A DNA stretch of 41,561 nucleotides from an uncultured Prosthecobacter sp. Lineage in GTDB: Bacteria; Verrucomicrobiota; Verrucomicrobiia; Chthoniobacterales; Chthoniobacteraceae. The translations under genes and the position numbers were made by a program. The stretch is taken from positions 1 through 41,561 of the forward strand of contig CBHXZU010000001.1 in NCBI GenBank assembly GCA_966125105.1, written 5' to 3'. The notes beneath the pieces were generated by a model. That model saw only the letters and a list, made by a program, of their open reading frames with translations, had not been told where the DNA came from and did not search any database. This document shows positions 20,054 to 29,110 of the stretch, one piece after another; position 1 is the first letter of the stretch, and every line of letters begins with the position of its first letter.

Positions 20054-20406
20054 CCAGGCGCCGTCCCACTGCCATTAAGTTAGTGGAGCCGCGCAAAAAG
20101 GTGGGTCCATCCTTAACGGAGTGGCGAGGAACGAGCCCGAAGTGCGCGAAGCGAAGCGGAGATGGACCAACTGATTGCATTTTCAAAGAATGGGTCAACG
20201 ATCCCGAGCTATTCACGATCGGCATTTTACCCAGGAGTTGCCTGTTCTGCATCGCTTCTACTTGGGAAATTCGGAGCGGGCGTTCTGAAGTTAACGAGGT
20301 CCTCGCGAGTGGCTCGGGCTCCTTCTCCTCGTTACACTCGGTCAGGATGACAGACTTTTTGACCGGCCGTTTTCCTTAACTTAATGGCAGTGAGGCGCCC
20401 GCCTGG
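20054..20406. mobile_element. MITE-like long imperfect palindrome, copy 2 (same family as 17661..17947)
   Basis: Termini are CCAGGCG..CCCACTGCCATTAAGTTA (left) and TAACTTAATGGCAGTG..CGCCTGG (right). It shares the 13-nt module GCGAGGAACGAGC with copy 1 (20124-20136 vs 17754-17766). It also shares the TCAGGATGAC module (20342-20351). It contains an internal hairpin, GGTCCATC...GATGGACC. Confidence 0.7.
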
Positions 20407-21581
20407 CCCAGACGAGGCCCGCAGTTGGGACGGCGTGAATGAACAAACAGACCTGATAAGAGCGCCGATTCCGTGACGATTTCATGCAGGATCCCGAGCA
20501 TGCGATGATTCGTCACAGCATCCTTCACTGCGGTCCGGAGGACATGAGTTCCCATCCGGGATCCCATGGCGCCAGCATCGCGCAGGAAAAGTCCCCGGCT
20601 CTGCGCCGCGCGCGTGATCTCCGCCGCTGACGGTCCGTCATTTGGAAGCTCACAGAGCAGGAAATTGGCGATGCCGGGAATCACCCGCCAACCGAGTTCC
20701 TTCAACCCTTGCGCTAGCCCGCGCCGCAGGAGGCGAGTTTCCGCATAGCGCGTCGCGTAGTAAGCGGGTGACTGTAGAGCCCGCACCGCCGCCACCTGCG
20801 ATGGCAATCCCACAACCCACGGGGGCGTGATCACCCGCAGGGGATCCAATAATTTTCGCGAACCACACAGGTAAGCGACGCGCGCGCCGCTCAAGGCATA
20901 CACCTTGGACATGGATTTGCAGACGACGATGTTCTCGGAACGCGCAGCGAAGGCTTCGATGGATTCTTCCTCGCCGGCGTATTCCACGTAGGTTTCATCC
21001 ACCCACACACGGTGTGACGCCGGCAGATCGGCCAGGATGGCCTCCAGTTCCGCGCGAGGGATTTGACTGCCTGTGGGACTGTTCGGATTCACCAGCACGA
21101 TTAGGTCCCACGTTCCCTGCATCACCGCGTGCAGACGATAAGTCGCTACCGCGTAGTCCGCTTTTCGATCGAGGGTAAAGCGGTGCACCTGGCAGCCTAT
21201 CACTTTCTCGAGCACGTGCGCGTATTCTCCATACGTCGGGTCGAGGATCAGAACCCGCGACTCCGGACGGAGCCAATGGCGCAGCGCCCGAAAGATGAGG
21301 TCTGACGATCCTGCGCCGGGCAACACGTTCCCAGGTGCAATGCCGCGCGCCTCGGCGATTGTTTCGATCAACCCCTCGACATGCGTTGGAGGGGACGTGC
21401 GCAGCAGCCACGGCAGATACTCGGTAACGGCCTCCATCACTGCGGGCGCAGGCGGAAACCAGGCATCGAGAACATCCGCATTGATGATCGAGGCGCTGCG
21501 TTCCAGGCGGTCGAAACGCTCGCCAATCGCACTGAAGAAGGCGCCACCGTGAAAGCAGTTCTGGAAAAGAGACTGGCTCAT
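20376..21581 (-). CDS. class I/II PLP-dependent aminotransferase, HisC/CobD-like (COG0079)
   Basis: 401 aa. The PLP-lysine motif is CKSMSKVYALSGARVAY. NPNSPTG and the N-terminal HGG motif are present. The overall layout matches histidinol-phosphate aminotransferase / threonine-phosphate decarboxylase. The last 9 codons and the stop lie inside MITE copy 2. Confidence 0.85.
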   Translation of the reverse strand: MSQSLFQNCFHGGAFFSAIGERFDRLERSASIINADVLDAWFPPAPAVMEAVTEYLPWLLRTSPPTHVEGLIETIAEARGIAPGNVLPGAGSSDLIFRALRHWLRPESRVLILDPTYGEYAHVLEKVIGCQVHRFTLDRKADYAVATYRLHAVMQGTWDLIVLVNPNSPTGSQIPRAELEAILADLPASHRVWVDETYVEYAGEEESIEAFAARSENIVVCKSMSKVYALSGARVAYLCGSRKLLDPLRVITPPWVVGLPSQVAAVRALQSPAYYATRYAETRLLRRGLAQGLKELGWRVIPGIANFLLCELPNDGPSAAEITRAAQSRGLFLRDAGAMGSRMGTHVLRTAVKDAVTNHRMLGILHEIVTESALLSGLFVHSRRPNCGPRLGQAGASLPLS

Positions 21582-21774
21582 GGGGAGCAGCGTAGGGCGG
21601 CGGGCGCTGGCTCCGTGAATTGAAAGACTTGGAGGGTAACATTGATGGTCTCAATGACATTCGGGCGCTCGCTGGACGTGATGGTTCGTGCCGCCGCCGG
21701 GTCGCGCTGCCAAACATCCGCTGGCGCTTTCGCCGAAACTAATTAGGGTCCCCGCCCGTTTCGACTGTTCCTCA

Positions 21775-24450
21775 ATGATTCTGCGTTCGATTGCCTTAGC
21801 TCTGCTCGTCCTGTTTGCGCCCGCCATCGGTGCTGTATCCAAGAAGGTGATCTTCCTTCAAGGCGACGATGTGCCGGGCGATCCGGAGGCGGCGACTTGG
21901 GGCGATTTTTCCGAGCCTTGCGTCGACAAAGACGGAGGGTTGGTTGCTCAGGCGCTTACGGATCGCGACCTGCGGATCATTTATAAGCCTCTCGGTGGTG
22001 AGGTCGTTTCGCGAGTTGTTTCCGGCCAGTCAGTTTCTGTTCAGGGCGGTGCCGCATCCGACGTCTCCTACTTTCCTACAGATGGACACCGCACCGTCAG
22101 AGCGACATCGCAGGGGCGCCAGGTGATGTACGCCCGCCTTCCTGGAACCCAGGGGAGCCCTTGGGGATGGAATGCCATCGTTTACGCAGATGCCGCCGGG
22201 TTGCGCGTTGTAGCTCGTCTTGGGGACTTCCTGCCAGGCACTACCCAGCCCATTGCGGAGCTCAACCCCTCGGTGCAACTCGATCTTTCCGGGAATGTTG
22301 TATTTGGCGCTCGCGGTATCAACGAATCGTTTACACGCGTGCTGCGCTGGTCACCAAACGGGGTGGAAACGATTTGGCCATCCCCAAAATTGATGCCCGG
22401 CTTCACTGCGAGCAAATGGCTGGTTTCCAATTCAGGCGAGATCGTTGCACTCGGGACTCTCGAATCCGCAGGAGCACCTCCAAAGCAGGAGTTGGTGAGA
22501 TGGACCCCCGCTGGCGCATCGGTGATTGCCCGTCAAGGTGATCCAATTCCGGGGCGTTTCGCGGAAACGTTCGCCTCCTTTCAATTTCTAAACTCGAGCA
22601 ACGCTGCCGGGGACGTTCTGTTCGTCGCTCAAGCGCGACCGCTGAGCTACCCATACCCTCCGCAATTTACTGGAACATGGCTCGCGCGACCGAATGGCGC
22701 GATCGACTTTGTCGCGGCGACGCCGGCTACTTCTGTGGTGAACGCTGCAGGCGATGTCGCGCTCTTCTGGGAGGGTTTACAGCTTAAGCGTGAGGGTCAG
22801 GAAATGGAAACGATTGTGGCGTCTCCCGATGAGCGACCGGAGTTTCGCGGCCTATTTTCTCGTCTCTGCCTGGACGCTCGCGGCGGTGTGGTCTTTCAGA
22901 CCAACGCCGGTATCTGGTTTCGTGCCCCAAGCGGGAGTTTAGTGTCAGTTGCGCGTCCTTACGAGACGATCACTCACAACGGATCCGAATATAGCATCAC
23001 GAACCTCCGGCTCACGAGCTTCTATTCTGGCGGAGAAGATGGCTTGCCCCGAGCCTTGAATGATTGGGGGCAAATTGCCTTCGTCGCGTCGATTTCCAAG
23101 ATCTCCGGCCCCGGAAACTCGATCCCCCTGAACGCACTCATGCTGGCAACGATCCCCGGTGGTGGAGATCCGGCAAAGAAACCTGTGGCGAATGCTGATT
23201 CGGCATTCTTTTCTTCCGGCGTTGGCGTCGCAGTTAAGCTCGACGTGCTGGCAAACGACGTGAACCCGACGGGGGCACAGCCTGCGATCGAGACCGTCAC
23301 TCAAGGTGCATTCGGAAAAGTATCGATTCGAAATGGCCTCGTTTACTACACGCCCAGTAAACTTTTCAGGGGGGGAGATTCGTTCCGGTACACTGCGTCG
23401 AACGCTTGGGGTCTTTCTGAGGAAGCTATTGTGGACATCGAGAACCCATACCTTTTTAACGGTGGCAATTACGCCACGGAGGTGTTCGATGGAACAACGC
23501 AGGTGGGGACGGTAAGCCTCACTCTTTCAAAGGCAGGCTGGTTTACGGGACGCATTCAATATGGAAAGCGACTGCTCAAGCTGAATGGCGCATTTGAAGG
23601 TGAAACGTATCAGCAGTCGTTCGCGTTGGAGAATGGAGAAACCGTGACGGTTTCATTGCACTTGCAAGCTGCGCCCAACTCCGCGGCGCGCCTCTCGGGC
23701 TCCATTCGTTCGTCCTCCGATACTGTTTTCGAAATCAAGTCTGCTGCGCGTTTCGGTCTGCCTCCAGAGACGAAGGCGATGAAAGTCACGGGGCAGATCC
23801 GGACCGAAGGTGACATTTCACTGCCGAAAGGCATTGGCTTTCTAGTAGGGTCTCTTTCTTCGAGCGGGGCATTCATTTCACGCGGCCGACTGCCCGATAA
23901 TCATCCTTTTTCTGCATCCAGTCGCATGAGGTCGGACGGCTCAATGCCGTTCGATTGCGCACCGTATGGGATAGGACGAGGTCGACTTCACGGACTATTC
24001 AGCAAAGGATATGCAGCCGCAGGAATGCACCGGTGGGATGCATCGCTCAAATGGATGAGAACTCTCGCCGACGGTGCCTCCGGGCCAGCACCCATCAATG
24101 GCACAGTCGAAGCGCTATTCGCCACATATGCGCCCTCGGCCCTCAGGCCGGCGATTTCCAACAATGGCCCGATCGCGACTGGAATGATCACGGTGAACCC
24201 GGATGGCGAATGGTCATTCAACGAGATGCTCTCGTGGTCGCAACGGGACGCGGTGGTATTCTCGCCGCCCAACCTCAATCGCCTGCAAATGCGCGTGAAC
24301 AGGGGGACCGGAATGGTCTCGGGAAGTTACGTCAATTCGAGCCAGGAACTTCGGCGCCTGTCGGGCGTCATCTTCTCTCTGGGAAATGGCACGGTTGGAT
24401 TGATCAGCGGCGGCGAATCCACGGGTTCATTCGTCCTCTCCGCGAATTAG
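21775..24450 (+). CDS. secreted NxxGxxAF-type repeat protein with cadherin/Ig-like domain (about 891 aa)
   Basis: In-frame ATG 21775 gives the signal peptide MILRSIALALLVLFAPAIGA (track ORF starts at 21688). NxxGxxAF-like repeats recur: LSGNVVFGA, NSGEIVALG, NAAGDVLFVA, NAAGDVALFW, DARGGVVFQT, NDWGQIAFVA. A cadherin-like segment follows (PVANADSAFFSSGVGVAVKLDVLANDVNP...SFRYTASN). Confidence 0.8.
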   Translation: MILRSIALALLVLFAPAIGAVSKKVIFLQGDDVPGDPEAATWGDFSEPCVDKDGGLVAQALTDRDLRIIYKPLGGEVVSRVVSGQSVSVQGGAASDVSYFPTDGHRTVRATSQGRQVMYARLPGTQGSPWGWNAIVYADAAGLRVVARLGDFLPGTTQPIAELNPSVQLDLSGNVVFGARGINESFTRVLRWSPNGVETIWPSPKLMPGFTASKWLVSNSGEIVALGTLESAGAPPKQELVRWTPAGASVIARQGDPIPGRFAETFASFQFLNSSNAAGDVLFVAQARPLSYPYPPQFTGTWLARPNGAIDFVAATPATSVVNAAGDVALFWEGLQLKREGQEMETIVASPDERPEFRGLFSRLCLDARGGVVFQTNAGIWFRAPSGSLVSVARPYETITHNGSEYSITNLRLTSFYSGGEDGLPRALNDWGQIAFVASISKISGPGNSIPLNALMLATIPGGGDPAKKPVANADSAFFSSGVGVAVKLDVLANDVNPTGAQPAIETVTQGAFGKVSIRNGLVYYTPSKLFRGGDSFRYTASNAWGLSEEAIVDIENPYLFNGGNYATEVFDGTTQVGTVSLTLSKAGWFTGRIQYGKRLLKLNGAFEGETYQQSFALENGETVTVSLHLQAAPNSAARLSGSIRSSSDTVFEIKSAARFGLPPETKAMKVTGQIRTEGDISLPKGIGFLVGSLSSSGAFISRGRLPDNHPFSASSRMRSDGSMPFDCAPYGIGRGRLHGLFSKGYAAAGMHRWDASLKWMRTLADGASGPAPINGTVEALFATYAPSALRPAISNNGPIATGMITVNPDGEWSFNEMLSWSQRDAVVFSPPNLNRLQMRVNRGTGMVSGSYVNSSQELRRLSGVIFSLGNGTVGLISGGESTGSFVLSAN

Positions 24451-24462
24451 ACCACCGATCTT

Positions 24463-24888
24463 CTATATCGGCAGCCCGAAATGATGGCAGGTAATGCTCA
24501 TTCGTCGGGCGAGGTAGAAGCGATGGGCGTCGAAGCGTTGGACGCCGGAGTCGAGTTGGAATTGCACGCATCCGGCCGCGCGGGCCCGCTCCACCAGCCA
24601 ATCGAAGAGCGCCCGGCCGAATCCGCTTGAGCGACACTCAGCATCAGTCACCAAGTCGTCCACGTAACAAAACCGGCCCGAGGAAAGGGAGTTCATGTAA
24701 CGGTAGCCGCCAACGGCGCGGACGGTTCCTTCGCATTCGAGGTAAGCCAGGCGGTAACCTTCCCTCCTCTGATGCTGCACTCGCTCCACAAATGTGACGG
24801 CGTCCAAGTGGGGGCGAAGTTGCACCATCACAGGGAAGCAGCGAGCGATCGAATGGGCGTCCTCAGCGTCAGCAATGGTGAAGGTCAT
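24463..24888 (-). CDS. GNAT family N-acetyltransferase (141 aa)
   Basis: The likely start is ATG 24888 (MTFTIADAED...). An acetyl-CoA binding region is present (CYVDDLVTDAECRSSGFGRALFDWLVERARAAG). The size is typical of GNAT proteins. The track ORF extends to 25035, but that extra N-terminus looks spurious. Confidence 0.82.
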   Translation of the reverse strand: MTFTIADAEDAHSIARCFPVMVQLRPHLDAVTFVERVQHQRREGYRLAYLECEGTVRAVGGYRYMNSLSSGRFCYVDDLVTDAECRSSGFGRALFDWLVERARAAGCVQFQLDSGVQRFDAHRFYLARRMSITCHHFGLPI

Positions 24889-25434
24889 GCCTCGACCTGT
24901 ATGGGGTTGGGAAGCTGGGCAGAAGCCTGTCTTGCGATCACCGGCAAGTCTCGCGTCGCGGAGTAAAGGGCTCCAGGCGGTCGCGATGCCAGCAGAGCCG
25001 ACGGGTATTTGCCGGTGACAAAGCGGTGCCGCCAAGTTGCGGGTCCATCATGCGAATGCGCCTGGCAGACGCGTGTGAACAGCCACCGTCTCTCGATGAA
25101 CTCTGGCGATGAATGCGGAGGATCATTGTTTAATTTCCGGTTGGCAAACTGCTCGTCGCCGCTTGTGACCTTTTCATGACACCGCCTTCATGACGGTCGG
25201 GGAAAACGCCGTCCTTCTCTGGAAATAACGCTCGAGGGCTTTTCGAAATTTCCCGTTAGCATGCGCAAATCATGGAACGCCTTGTGCTTAAATAAGGCGT
25301 GGCGCGCAGCCCCGCGCTTGTGACTCGACTCAACCAAAACAAGTCCGTCGGCTGCACTGATTCGTCGGGAGCCTGCGGTCGAACAAAAACCATCCACAAA
25401 CCGGGCCGCGGGCAAAACTCGCGGCCGTTCAGCA

Positions 25435-28400
25435 ATGACCATGCGTCACCCACTTGCCGCTACGTTGTTCAAAAACCGTGTGCCAGCCCGCGCCCTTGCG
25501 GGACGGCACTTTCTCCTCGCGCCGTTCGTCGCTGCGGCGGCTCTCGCCAGTTCCGCCGTTCACGCAGCCACGATTCCGCTGACTTCCCTTCGAACCGCCA
25601 ATACGTACTCTGGAGGCGCGGTCGATCCTTCAACCGGGAAGTTTTATGAACGCACGTCGTTCGATACCGATGCGGTCATTCGCGTTTATAACAATGCGGC
25701 GGCCTACGAAGCGGGAACGATTGCGCAGAGCGTGACGCTCAGTCCGCGCGGTTACGGCATCTATTTTGGCGTGCAGGGCGGAAAGCTCTTCGGCCGCAGC
25801 ACCTCGGGCGGTTGGTACGGGGAGCCCGCATCGCAATTCACCGAGCTGCGGCGTTGGAATCTCGGCACCGGAGCAACGGAGCAGATCCTTTCAACTGTCC
25901 CGGCAATGGGCGGCGTGAACAGCACGCACACATTCAGTTGGGGCGGGTTTACCGCAGTGAATGTGCTGAACGACAATGGCCAGCTTTACGTGCTTGGCCA
26001 GCGCTCGGATCAGACTGGGTGGCAATTGGTGAAACTGAATCCGGACCTGACCATTGCTTCTTCGCGGGCGCTTTCGATTCCGTCCGCGGAGGGATTCGCA
26101 TTTATCGCCCGGGGCAAGCTGTTCATCGGTGGAAGCCACCTCTCTCCGAACGTGCAGCGGATGATCGATGTATCGACCGGCCAGGTGACGGCGGTAACCC
26201 ATGCGTTCAGCGGTCCGACCGGGTGGTACGTGGAGAATGCTCATTATGATGCGTCCACGGACCGTTTGTATCTCTACAACCGTCCCACGGGATTACATCG
26301 CGCGCAGAACGTGACGCCGCTGCTGGGCATCGGCGCGTCACCCGTGGCGAACGCCGGACCCGATCAAACCGCTTTGGAGGGGGCAACGGTCACCCTTTCG
26401 GCTGCGGACAGCTACGACGGAAACACACCGCCGTCGCCGCTGACGTATTCGTGGCTGCAGACTTCGGGCGTGCCGGTGACACTTTCGAGCGCAACGTCGG
26501 CGACTCCGACGTTCACCGCCCCGCAAGTGCCGGCGTCCGGGACAGTGCTCACGTTCCAGGTGACGGTCTCGAACGGCATCTCCGATCCGGTCACCGATTC
26601 CGTCACGGTAACAATTGGGAATGTGAACTTCCCTCCCGTGGCGAACGCTGGCGATGCGCAGACTGCTCCGGAACGCGGCATCGTGAAACTGCACGGTTCA
26701 GGCACGGATGCGGACGGCGACGCCTTGACGTTGAGCTGGAGACAAAAGGCGGGTCCCCCTGTCGAGTTACAGGATGCCGATACACCGGAGCCTTCCTTCG
26801 TGGCGCCGGCGGTCAGTTTCGAGACGGGCGCAGTGGATCTCGTCTTCTCTCTCGTCGTGAACGATGGACTCGCGAACAGCGCGGAATCAGACGTGACGGT
26901 GAAAATCGTGAACACGAATGCGCCGCCAGTCGCGCAATCCGGACCGGCGCAAAGCGTGAATGAATTGGAACAGGTCACGCTTGATGGCACGCTGAGCGCG
27001 GATCCAGATGGCAACGCTTTGACGTACGCGTGGACGCAAATCGCGGGCACGCCGACGGTCACGATCGAGGACGCGAACACTCCGTCTGCCAAGTTTGTCG
27101 CTCCGGTCCTCGATCTTGGCGGGAGCCCCGAAGGAACGACGCTCACCTTCCAACTCGCGGTAAGCGACGGTGAGCTTACGAGCACCAGCACGGTCAATGT
27201 GCGCATCAGCAATGTGAATCATGAGCCGGTCGCCGACGCCGGCCCGGCAGTAACCGTTCCTGAGAACACCGTGGTGACGCTGGACGGCTCAGGAAGCGCG
27301 GACCCCGACGGCGATGCGCTCGCGTATCTTTGGGAACAAATCGATACCGGTTTTCCCGTGGCGCTCAGTGATCCGGCCGCGCAGCGTCCGACGTTCACTA
27401 CGCCGGATGTGGGAAGTGCGGGCGCATTGTTGCGCTTCAAGCTGACGGTGGATGACGGCTACGGAGGCGTCGCAACCTGCGAGGTCGCGATCAACGTCAC
27501 CTACGCAAACCGCGCGCCGGTGGCGGATGCCGGCTTGGATGGAACCGTGGACGAGGGAAGCACGGTTCTCGTGACTGGCACGGGCACGGACCCCGACGGA
27601 AATGCGCTGGAGTATTCATGGACGCAAGTCAGCGGGCCTGTCGTGGCCCTGAGCGATGCGTTTGCCTCGAGCACGAGCTTCGTCGCGCCTTCGGTGACGC
27701 GCGCCGGGGACACAGTCGTTCTGCGGCTGACCGCAAGGGATGCGTACGGCGCTCAAAGCACGGACGACGTCTCCATTCAAATCGCGAACGTCAACCACGC
27801 GCCCGTGGCCATTGCGCCGGCGAACCTGATCGTGACCGAGGCGACCGCGGTGCAACTCGTGGGGCAGGGGCTTGATCCTGACGCGGAGGAGCAGGGGCAG
27901 CTTTCCTATCAATGGCAGCAGATCCTGCCAGAGCCGCAGCCGGCGGTGGCGGGAAACACGCTTTCCTTCACCGCGCCAACCTTGCCATCCGGCGGAACGG
28001 CGAGCCCGCAGATGAGCCTCACCTTCCGTCTTACTGTGACGGATCCAAATGGCCTCAGCTCGAGCAGTGATGTGACCGTCCTGGTGGCGAACGCGCCGGA
28101 GGCACCGATCGCCGTCGCGAGCGCGCCGGCGCAAGTCGGCGAAGGTTCGCTCGTGACGCTGAACGGCACTGGGAGCAGTGACCCTGATGGCGGCACGCTT
28201 TCTTATGCGTGGGAGCAGACAGCCGGCCCTGCAGTGACACTGAGCGAAGCGAACACTGCGCAGCCGTATTTCTCCGCTCCTTTGGTGAACGCCGCAGGAG
28301 CGACCCTGAAGTTCCGTTTGACTGTCTCGGATGGCGTGACCGGAAGCTCCAGCGATGAAGTGACCGTATCCGTGGTGAACACGAACGACGCGCCGATCGT

Positions 28401-28761
28401 GGAAACCGCGCGGCCCAGCCTGGATTCATTGTGGCCGCCGGATCATCGCATGTTGTCGGTTTCCATCCTCGGAGTGACGGACTCCAATGCGACGGTGCGG
28501 ATCACCGGAGTCACCCAAGACGAGCGCGTTTCCGGCGACGACGGTGGAGACGTGGCGGTCGACGCGATCATCAGTCCGGATGGGAAGTCCGTGCTGTTGC
28601 GCTCCGAGCGTTCTCCGCATGGCGACGGTCGCGTTTACCGCGTCTCGTTTGTGGCCCGCGACTTCGAGCACGCCGTGCAGGGAACCGTCAGGGTCATCGC
28701 ACCGAAGAGCAAGAAAGCGGATGCCGGCGAAGGCACGGCGAGCTTCGATTCGACGAAGTAG
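25435..28761 (+). CDS. secreted protein: olfactomedin-like N-terminal domain + seven PKD/Ig-like repeats + C-terminal WPPDH...QDE...GDGRVY domain (1108 aa)
   Basis: The signal peptide ends at ...SSAVHA. Residues about 55-290 carry olfactomedin-type motifs (FSWGGFT, DNGQLYVLG, VKLNPDLTI, FAFIARGKLF, YDASTDRLYLYN). Seven repeats of about 98 aa span 26338 to about 28390, each N-x-x-P-V-A-x-A-G...VTLDGSGSxDPDGxxLxYxWxQ. The C-terminal segment is LWPPDHRML...VTQDERVSGD...GDGRVYRVSF. Confidence 0.9.
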   Translation: MTMRHPLAATLFKNRVPARALAGRHFLLAPFVAAAALASSAVHAATIPLTSLRTANTYSGGAVDPSTGKFYERTSFDTDAVIRVYNNAAAYEAGTIAQSVTLSPRGYGIYFGVQGGKLFGRSTSGGWYGEPASQFTELRRWNLGTGATEQILSTVPAMGGVNSTHTFSWGGFTAVNVLNDNGQLYVLGQRSDQTGWQLVKLNPDLTIASSRALSIPSAEGFAFIARGKLFIGGSHLSPNVQRMIDVSTGQVTAVTHAFSGPTGWYVENAHYDASTDRLYLYNRPTGLHRAQNVTPLLGIGASPVANAGPDQTALEGATVTLSAADSYDGNTPPSPLTYSWLQTSGVPVTLSSATSATPTFTAPQVPASGTVLTFQVTVSNGISDPVTDSVTVTIGNVNFPPVANAGDAQTAPERGIVKLHGSGTDADGDALTLSWRQKAGPPVELQDADTPEPSFVAPAVSFETGAVDLVFSLVVNDGLANSAESDVTVKIVNTNAPPVAQSGPAQSVNELEQVTLDGTLSADPDGNALTYAWTQIAGTPTVTIEDANTPSAKFVAPVLDLGGSPEGTTLTFQLAVSDGELTSTSTVNVRISNVNHEPVADAGPAVTVPENTVVTLDGSGSADPDGDALAYLWEQIDTGFPVALSDPAAQRPTFTTPDVGSAGALLRFKLTVDDGYGGVATCEVAINVTYANRAPVADAGLDGTVDEGSTVLVTGTGTDPDGNALEYSWTQVSGPVVALSDAFASSTSFVAPSVTRAGDTVVLRLTARDAYGAQSTDDVSIQIANVNHAPVAIAPANLIVTEATAVQLVGQGLDPDAEEQGQLSYQWQQILPEPQPAVAGNTLSFTAPTLPSGGTASPQMSLTFRLTVTDPNGLSSSSDVTVLVANAPEAPIAVASAPAQVGEGSLVTLNGTGSSDPDGGTLSYAWEQTAGPAVTLSEANTAQPYFSAPLVNAAGATLKFRLTVSDGVTGSSSDEVTVSVVNTNDAPIVETARPSLDSLWPPDHRMLSVSILGVTDSNATVRITGVTQDERVSGDDGGDVAVDAIISPDGKSVLLRSERSPHGDGRVYRVSFVARDFEHAVQGTVRVIAPKSKKADAGEGTASFDSTK

Positions 28762-29110
28762 ACGGCCACATCGACGAGCAGTCAGAGATGGTTGAATGCG
28801 CAACAACCGCAAGGATGGGCGCCTTTCCAGGCGCCCTGCCGCGAAGCGGCACCTTTGTGTCGCCACCCCGGCGAGAGTAGGAACGTCCAACAGCTGCAGT
28901 CGACGCCTGCAACGCCGTAATTTCCCCACGCGTTGAACTCCACGCAATTCAACCCGGTAATCGGACCGCGATTATTGGCCGCTGTCGCGGCAGAGCGCAT
29001 GGAAAGGCGCTCCTCCTTGCGGCTTTTTACGCTCGGGCGATTCAGTTCTTTTGCGCGCCAAACGTCACAACTGAAAGGTCGACCCGGAAGCGGAGCGCGG
29101 CGCGGGCAAA

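Noticed and set aside
17705-20379. Small ORFs inside the MITE-like elements (17705..17902, 19908..20252, 19927..20379, 20162..20350)
   Set aside because: They are translations of palindromic repeat DNA. They overlap one another on both strands and have no recognisable domains.
21688-21774. N-terminal extensions of track ORFs (21688 for the NxxGxxAF protein; also 35705-35791, 24889-25035, 32938-32985, 17519-17641, 5123-5179, 4430-4573)
   Set aside because: In each case an internal in-frame start yields a canonical signal peptide, lipobox, prepilin leader or domain boundary. The extension is Arg/Pro-rich or runs into repeats.
28817-28836. GC-rich hairpin GGGCGCC-TTTCCA-GGCGCCC in the convergent gap after the OLF/PKD gene
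   Set aside because: It is a possible terminator stem, but no T/U tract follows on either strand. The evidence is too weak to call.
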